Source: the human T2T-CHM13v2.0 reference genome, Homo sapiens
Direction: 5' to 3' (one strand)
DNA: 64,000 nt
Assembly (NCBI RefSeq): GCF_009914755.1
Contig: NC_060934.1
In this document: positions 55,467 through 64,000 of the stretch, in pieces
Numbering within the stretch: the first letter of the stretch is position 1
Layout of the letters: every line of letters starts with the position of its first letter
Notes under the pieces: model-generated
Databases searched by the model: none
What the model saw: only the letters and a program-made list of their open reading frames with translations
What the model was told of the DNA's origin: nothing
Made by a program: the position numbers and the translations under genes

Positions 55467-57169
55467 TGAAAATTTTATTGAGAGAAAATTTTGGGGAAAA
55501 AAGCTGTGCTCGCTCAGGCTAATAGGCTAGAAAGACGCAGTAACTCAGGAAAATTTGCATTTTTGTGGTTAGAGAGCAAACCCGTGTAAACTATGATATA
55601 ATGTGAATGAAATAATAAGTGCGTTTGAAGCTTTAGAAGGTATGATGGGTTGAATTCTAAAGATTTAAATGGAATTAAGAAAGAAATATATAAAATTTTT
55701 TATCTTCTCTCATCCTTTTTTTCCTGAAAGGAAACAAAATCTAAATAACAGAAATAAGACCAAAAAAAAAAAAAAAAAAGAACTCAACTTTTCAAGTGAA
55801 GGAAATATGCAAGACATAGTTATAGAAATGTCTATAATGGTTTGAATTTTTGCAGGGTAATGGTGCACATTCCCAGACACATTATTTAATCACGATTACC
55901 TTGGATGGAGTCAGGTTTTTCTTGACACTGTTTGCTTCTTTCCATGGTATCTGGGGCAAACATCTTAAACTGGATCTTTTACTTCCTAAAAATAATAATC
56001 ACAGGTTTTTACATCCCTTTTCATTTCTGCTACTAAGTCAATGTGAATCCTTACATTGCATCTGCAGTTTGACTAGGACTATATTTCTACATGAAAGTTT
56101 CTTGGGAAATGATTATTTGACAAAATTTGTTTACTGTTTGAGCATTTAGTAGGATATAGAAACAACTAATGACCTGCCCAGACAGGTACTGCACATTGTG
56201 CAGATGTCAATATCCACATCAAATAGATTGGATTACAACAATGGAATTGATTTTTAGCATAAATCAAGCCTAACACCTACCAGCCACTTATCAAAGGAGT
56301 GAATCACATTTGAAAGAAAGAGGAGTCCTGTCAAAGTTTTTGTAAATATGTGACACTGTAATTTTCTAAGTCTATTCATGAGACGATTGGCTCATGCTTG
56401 GGGGAAAAATGCAACCACTTGGAACCACTGAATTCCAGGTAAGTGAGAAGCCATCGCTGTCATGCTCTCAATACAAGTCCCGCTGTCGGTCTGAAGCTCG
56501 CCGCAGCTGCTGGCGTTTTCGCCTCCGCCAGATTTCAGATGAACTGTCACGGACACTCAAATGAACTAGAGCTATCTCTTACATAGAAGCAGATGTAGCA
56601 GAAACCAAAACCAAGTCAAAACTATCAATCGTACACAATTCACAAACGTTGCCTCTATGTGTTGCCGAAATTATCTACACTTGGGTGATGTATTGCTAGG
56701 GGGCAGGGTTAAACATTCTGTGATGTTTATTCCAAACTAACAGCTGAAAAATGCTCAAAAATTAATAAGGGGTTACATTATCTTTTAAGTTTCGTGTTCA
56801 ATAAATAACATTACTTTTCTGTTAGGCAAAAATCTAGAACTGATCAAGACGCTATTATTAATTACTAACAATATTGAGATCAATAAAAAGATGCTTTTAG
56901 TTTGAAAACCTTCTCTTAAACTTTTCGAAGACTCTTTTTAATTTACTAAAGCAGACAGTTGAAGACAGTTGAAGAGTAAAAATTAAATTATTTAATTTAA
57001 ATTAACAATTAACAATTAAATCATTTCTTTGTCTCTATAAGACATTTTCCCTGCAATAATTGTTTTGGTACCATGAATAATAAATTGAGAAAATCAAACC
57101 ACTCTTTTTAGAGCCTGTTATGGGCCAGTCACTTTCAAATGCATCCTGTGGGCTATGTAGTATTATTTT

Positions 57170-57290
57170 TATTTTTTAAACGGGAAAGGTTAGGCTCAAT
57201 GTGGTTAAATTGTTTGCCCAGACTCTTACCACTAACAAGTCCTGGTGTTTGCACCCACATTTGCCTGACTGTGAAGCCTAACTCTTTGGA
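57170..57290 (-). mobile_element. MIR fragment
   Basis: aggctcaatgtggttaaattgtttgcccagactc...tttgcacccacatttgcctgact. Confidence 0.6.
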
Positions 57291-60200
57291 CATGCCATTC
57301 AGACAGGGCATGAGAAACATCTCCTCTGTCACCAACACTCTGAAAGAAAGTCAGCTATTTAAGTCCAACATAAGCTACTGTGTATTACTTTTCTTCCAGG
57401 AGTCTCAAATTACAGATGGACAATCTGGTGTGATTGTTACTATCTCATGCTTATTAAACAGAGTCACAAAGTCTTGGGACCAGTGGAGAGAGGAACAGTG
57501 TAGCACTAAAGGACATTACCAAAGCGCATTAGAGACATTCTTAGAAGCCTGTTGAAAGGAAGATTATGCAGCCTCCCCCACTTCCCAGCAGCAAAAGTAC
57601 AATTTCTAAGTCTAACAATCACCCCTTTCAGACTTTTCTGAAGTTGTGGTCTCTCCCAAAATATTAAAAATTATATGATATAGTGAGAAATAGTTTAATC
57701 TTTCATTACGGACTGTGAAAGTTTCTTTTCAAAGCATGATAGGATCTGACAGAGTAATGCCCAGCTGTCTAAGTTCAGCACATGTGAAAATCCAGGAAAG
57801 TAACAAAGACAGTGTTTGTCACATGTAGATTAAACCACAAGCAATAGCAAGCTATAGCAAGGTTAATGTGAGATGTGCGAGGCAGTTTCCTCTGCATTGC
57901 ATGAAGCAGATGCACTGTAAATAAATTCAGTCATCTCAAACTTTTATTTCTTCATCTTCGAAAATGTTAATTATCAATTCTAGCCATTACTGAGTGTTTG
58001 CATGTGTATGTGTGTGTATGTATGCGTGTGTAGGTGTATATTCTGTGTGGGTGTGTTTTTTGTATGTGTGAATTGAATAATCAAATGATTAATTGTTAAT
58101 TATTCATTAAATAAGAAAAACTACCAGTAAAATACAGCCTATTCCAACTTTTATAAAATATGAACTAGAAATATGTGATATCATTGAAGACCACATTAAA
58201 GATTACATATTTTTAATGTGTATAATGTCTATTGGAACAAGTTTTTCCTAGACTTATAGAAATAGTGAAGGTGATTTTAAAAATTACAAATTCTTCATAG
58301 GGAAATAAAAATCATACTGAGATCTGCTTGCTAGCCACTGTTGGTAATGAGATAATTAGAGGCAACAAATATATTAACATATTATAGCTCTAATATACAA
58401 GTTAATGAAATAACATTTTGACATTATATAGAAGTTAAAACTCTTAAAGTGGCTTTGCTATATAGCAGCTGCTCAAGAAATATTTAAATTCAAATTTAAT
58501 TTTTGAATGGTTAGTCAGTGTCAGACACTAGGTAACAAATGTTTACACCCATGATCGCCTAATAATTTTGGTGTGTTTTTTTGGTTCCAAATTTACAGAT
58601 GAGAGAGTTGAGAAAATAAGATCTAAGTAACATTTCTCACTTTGATTACTAGGAATCTTAGCAACTAATTAAAAACCCAACTAGTGTCATAGTTATACAT
58701 TTTGTATATTGTTAATTTTGTTCATCTTTCCTTATATTTTCTTACATTATTCATGTTATTTTTTAACCTGTTGTATATCTCTCTATAAATCACCTCAATT
58801 TCTTGTTTTCTCTTTTGTTTGATTTTGCTGTAAAAAGAGAAAAATTAACTTGATTAAATACATGTAATGCTAATATTCGCCTCAGCTGTTGTGTTTTGCT
58901 AATTTTTGACAGTCGAGGCTGGAACTCAGGCTTCCTGACTCCACTCCTCCAGGGCTAGATTCTCAATGATCATAAAAGTATCAGGTGAAATTACTCCTTG
59001 TAAAAACTACAACTCCACCCTCAAATAATCCATGAAGTGGTTGGTGAGAGAGAGAGAAGATGAAGATTTAAAACAGAAAACAAACATACTAATGGACCAA
59101 GAAGCCACTGAAGTAGCATCCAGGAGCAGAGGGGATGGTCCCAGGTTGGCTTCCTTCCTTCCCTTCTCTGGCCAACCCCTTGAAGTCTGCAGCCTTGAAG
59201 TTACAGACCAGACCTCACTTAAACCAAGTGAAAGGAGAGGAAGCAAGTCTGGCCATGCAAGGCTCCAAATCAGAGGGAGTTTCTTTCAAACAGGGTGACT
59301 TGGTTAACAAGAGGCACTTTTCTAGACATCAAAAGGCAGACACAAATGGAAACAAATGCCAAATGGACCTAATCAACCCTAATTGAGCATATTTTGTCAA
59401 CACACTGTCAGGAGACTTTCTTCTGTAGACACTGGTGATGTCAGGCAGCAATGTGGACTTAGCCAATGCAGCTGTAAACTCACAGCATGTGAAGTTTAAA
59501 GCAGTGAGCTGATTCCGAGAACCACACTGTAGATCCAGAGCTGTCATTTGCTGTGGCTTCTCTGTCATTTGTACCTATGTGTTTATGCAACATCTATCAG
59601 ACAAAATTATATTCAGCGTATTGACATTCTCCAGAAAAAAAAAAGAGAGAAATGACTTTAAAAAGTATCTTCTACACAGGTGCTTATTAAGTGTTTGTTG
59701 GGCATATAAATATGCAAATGAATGAAAAATGACAAAGTGAATTAAAATGATGCCCAATGCAAGAATATTGTACAATTTTTGTTCAAGAGAGAGGATCCCA
59801 ATTTGGTGAGAAACATAACTGCTTCTTTTAATGCAGAAGTGCTGTGTCACAGAGTTTTAGGGATGCAGAAACTCAGAAAGCTGTGACCTTGGATGTTATT
59901 TTTGCTGGAGAGAGCCAACATGATATGGAACAAATTATAACACTGAGAACATTTCTCTTAGAAAACAGAGACAGATCTGTGGTTTTAATAGATTAGCAAG
60001 TAAGTGTGAGCTCTGCATGCCAAGCACAAGGAAAACAACAACTTACTAGATCATCAGAGGAAACTCTGGAGCAGCAGCACACAGTAAGGGCTGAGCTGTG
60101 TTTCTTGAAAAGCTACAGAATGTCAGAGGAAGGAATGTGTGAGTCATGAAATCACAGGTAGCATCTAAATGGCATTGGAGAGGCAAAGGAGGAGAGGGGG

Positions 60201-61940
60201 TTACGAGAAAAACATTTTAGGGTCTTGGCTGGGATAAAACTAAGAGGCTTTGTGGGGAAATCATACAAACTAAATTATAGAGGAAATCGGAAAAAATCAA
60301 ATTGTTGGAACACAAGATTTTGTATGTTTTGCTGCAATGCCACTGACAATTTGAGACTGCAGGCAGAGGAACCAAAGATGGTTAATAGTGCCACAGCCAT
60401 TTCTTTGTTATTTTAGTAACATGAAACTGAGAAATAATTAAAGGAATAAAGAAGACTTACATTCCTGGTTTAGCCCCAGATTAAAAACAAATTTTTATCC
60501 ATTTTGACAAGTTTTCTTAAACATAATAAAATTGACATGTTTAAGCATTCTTTTGGCCACCTCTCCCTGACAAAAGAGCCCAGAAATTGGAGGTATCAGA
60601 GGAGGGCTAGAGAGGTTGGCAAGACTGGAAACCTGGAGAAGTGAGGAGAAGCCAGAGGATGTATTTAAACATTCCTGTAACCCACCATCATTATCAATGA
60701 GTTTCTCTTCGGTTCCCACATTCTCTTCTTCTTTGGCTCATGCGTTCACTCATCAGATACTTATTCTGCCTTAACTATGGGAACACACTGCTCTGGTATC
60801 TATAAAGGATATTACATCGAATAAAGGAAGAACTCCCAAGGGTGCTAGGAACTGTGGGACAATTAAGATGCATTCACTTATTTTCCTGAATTCCAATTGT
60901 GTATTGAGTGGAATGTAGAGGCATTGTTTTGTAGCTTTGGCAAGGATAGCAATCCCTTATCTGGGCAAGTTAGGTAAATTTATTAGGGGTAAAAATGTGA
61001 AGTGATTTGCATCCTTGTAGGGCCAGAAAATTGAGAAGTGGCTTCCTTCTAAATTCCCACTAGACTTCCCTTCCCCCAGTAAAGACAGAGCAACACACCA
61101 CCCACTCCCTTCTCTTTTGTTGTCCTGGTTGTTGATTTTAGAAGAAAGAGTAATGAGGACTTTGAAGGTTTATCATAGCGGGCAACAGGAACTACTCAAT
61201 TTAATCTGTTGTCCTTTCCCTTAATTTTAAAATTACAATTCTTTCACTTCAAATAGGCTTTGATCTTTTTTCTAACTAGTCTTTGCAGAACTACAGTCTG
61301 GATAATTTGTGTCTAGTGTATATCCTATTGATACAAATGTCAGGTGTACATACACCCACTTACTGGGTTAGCCTAATTTATCATTACCGGATTTTCATGT
61401 CTAGCCTAGGGCTGGGTTGTAAGAGAGACAAAGTACTTCCACATTTTCTTCTGCTTGCCAAAAATTTCCCTGCATTATATTATGTTGAGTCTTTGATTTT
61501 TTTTTCTCAAATCTTGCTTGACTTTATTTGTGAGTTGCATTCTTTTTGTATTTTTATTTCCATTTTGTTCTGAAAGACATTTTAGAAAGTATTCTTTATT
61601 TATTTAGGATTTGCAAATTATTTAAGGCAGCATTCTTCCAGCAACTGGAGTGCAGTTTTTCCCTTATGTTTTATGAAAACACTTTATCTTCAAAGGAAAA
61701 ACCTAACAACCCTTGAATTTACTAGAAAACTGCAGACGAATCATCATGTTTGTTAAGTGAGTGAAGATGGTGCAGAAACCTCCTGGTCCATCTTACAAGC
61801 AAGGAAACAGACTCATGGGGACATCTTGCAGCTTGCTCTCGATCCCCAAGCCCGCTAAGCTGAGCGAGCTCCCTGGCCTCCCTCCCAGGATGTCGCTGTA
61901 TTGTGCTGCTTCAGCTGCTGCTGTCTTCTGCTTTTCATAC

Positions 61941-62640
61941 CTTGTGCAAGACCCTCCCGCTTCCTCTGCTCCAACCACTCTGGGTCTGCTCGTCCTGCCT
62001 GGCTATGGCAGAGATAGGAGAAAGAAGTACCTCCTGGATGTGACTGTGTTCTGGGAGGCTAAGAGGCTCCCTCTGGCTTTTCCCTATCCCATGGAATGTT
62101 ACACCTGTAATCCCAGCACTTTGGGAGGCCAAGGCGGATGATCACTTGAGCTCAGGAGTTTGAGACCAGCCTGGCCAACATGGTGAAACCCCATCTCTAC
62201 TAAAAATAGAAAAATTAGCTGGGTATGTTGGCGCATGCCTGTAATCTCAGCTACTCAGGAGGCTGAGGCAGGAGAATCACTTGAACCCGCAAGATGAAGG
62301 TTGCAGTGAGCCGAGGTCATATCATGACACTCCAGCCGGGGCGACAGAGCTGTCTCAAAAAAAATTGCGTCTGATCCACCATGCTCTGTGCTTACCTCTT
62401 CTGCAGTGCTGTCTTAGTGACACAAGGAATGATGCATAGACTTCCCTTCCTGGGGCCTCTCTATGCGTCTTGCCTGCTCTGCATTCCCCTGCTCAGACAT
62501 CAGACTGATAAACATTTGGGGAATGGAAGAGGGAAGAATTCTAGAACCCACCAAGGAGGCACGCGTGGACACGCTTTTCCCTGAGACTTACTGGCCTCAG
62601 GTAAATGGTCAAATGGTTAACTGCAAATCTTATTTATGTC
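61941..62640 (-). ncRNA. Candidate spliced non-coding transcript segment: exons 62640-62592, 62504-62396, 62002-61941
   Basis: Donors CCA|GTAAGT, GAG|GTAAGC and AAG|GTATGA; acceptors tattttcagtctctgtcag, ttcttccctcttccattccccaaatgtttatcag and acttctttctcctatctctgccatag; the middle exon has stops in all frames. Motif evidence only. Confidence 0.35.
62101..62364 (+). mobile_element. AluS, slightly 5'-truncated
   Basis: Begins at acacctgtaatcccagcac; short poly(A). Confidence 0.92.
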
Positions 62641-63559
62641 CTGACAGAGACTGAAAATACTGGGGGTTTTCCAGAACTGTGAGTTATACTTTGCATATTT
62701 GTTTCCCCATCAGCACTGGCTTTCCTGACTTTATTTTTCTGTCTTGACTCTATCTTCACTCATCAAGTTGTGACCTCTCGGTCACCCAGACTCGCCCTTG
62801 GTGATGCAACACCTTTCTCTCTTTCTCACTGCAGGGAACAGCATTGCTCCGCTCCATCTATCCTGTTTCACGCCTTTCCAGCTTAGTTTTAAATTCCTTA
62901 CTGATTAATTCTGTAATTAAATGATTAAGATTATTTTAGGGATATAGAGAATAAAATGTCAATAGAAAGAGATCCTACTGAGCTCTGTGTTTAAGGACAA
63001 AACTAAATATTAGTAACAACTATTTTGTCTTCTTGATTTGTTCACAAAGTATCTTTATGAAGATACTTATTCATATGGTAGCAATGCAACCGCATTATGC
63101 ATATGGCATAAGCTAAAATTTATCTTCACAAATACTTATTTGATGAAAACATGTTCTCAAATTTTACGTGTAATTTATTCACTGAGAATTAATGTAACAT
63201 ATGGGCCCCCTATGTAACCTTTTGCAGTTGATCTATTTCTGCAATTTCCATTGGCAGTGTCTGTGAGCTAGGCTCCCGATGTGATGTGGGGATACATTTT
63301 CCATAACTGGTGTCTGGTTCCTCGCTCTTGCTTGGTGCCAATTCTCTCTGTGAAAAAAGAGGTGCTCTAAGAATAGCTAATGACTCTTTACTGGATGTTT
63401 TTGAGAATGATTCCAGACCCGAGGATTCCCAAATAAGACATGAATACTGAAAATACCTTATACCTTTAGTGATGCCCATAGTCCATCCATGGGATAACAG
63501 AGTCTAAAAGCGTATTCTGAATTTGAAATGCTCTTTGTCAAAGCATTCTTTTATAACCA

Positions 63560-63705
63560 TTTCTATGTGCATTCAGCAAACATCTACTGGTTTGTTGCCA
63601 GACACTGTGCTAAGTATTGGAGGTAGAAAGATAAAGAACATGCAAACCCTGTCCACAACTTTACAACAAAGTAGGTCAGAAAGATGCACAAAAACAATTA
63701 TCGTT
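63560..63705 (-). mobile_element. L2 3' fragment
   Basis: cattcagcaaacatctactgg...tgccagacactgtgctaagtattggagg. Confidence 0.65.
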
Positions 63706-63749
63706 CCATGTACCATGTGCCACCACATGTACATATATGCACTCACATT

Positions 63750-63929
63750 CAGGGCCGGCTTTATGGGTACGTGATTTGTGTTGTTGCACAGGGCCCTGGC
63801 TTAGTTAGATGGGGCCCATGCTTGGTCTAATACTCCACTGTTGCCATGTTGAAATTCTTCACAACTTTTGAACAAGGGCTTTATATTTTCATTTTACAAT
63901 GGGCTCTGCAAATTACATAGCCAATCCAG
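63750..63929 (+). mobile_element. MER45A (hAT-Tip100) MITE, full length
   Basis: CAGGGCCGGCTTTATGGG...GCACAGGGCCC...TTGAAATTCTT...GCAAATTACATAGCCAATCCAG, ~180 bp. Confidence 0.85.
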
Positions 63930-64000
63930 CTTATAGTCATACCTTCCTTTTTTATAAATTTTCCTCTTGGTTCTGTTTAATACTGTTAGCAAACTCAAAG

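Overview
Primate genomic DNA, most likely human or another ape (AluJ/S/Y, L1PA4-like, THE1B, MST, MER5/MER45A/MER47, MIR and L2 are all present). It looks like a large intron or gene desert. I can support no protein-coding gene. The ORFs in the supplied track are Alu- or L1-derived (L1 ORF1p/ORF2p remnants are recognisable) or short chance ORFs. A large share of the window is interspersed repeat, with several nested insertions and recoverable target-site duplications (TSDs). Between them lie multi-kb repeat-poor tracts with local CpG retention and clustered developmental TF motifs, which look like enhancers. The best unexplained signals are: (1) a minus-strand chain of three non-coding exons with good splice sites at 61.9-62.6 kb; (2) a recursive-splice-like polypyrimidine-CAG|GTAAGA junction at 7418/7419 on +; (3) an 18-bp-stem hairpin at 19255-19297; (4) a motif- and CpG-rich element with a CCAAT box and a perfect CAG|GTAAGT donor at 56.2-56.56 kb. 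I cannot name the locus from sequence alone. Nothing here is a demonstrated new biological system; these are hypotheses to test. Repeat subfamily calls and most repeat boundaries are by eye and approximate.
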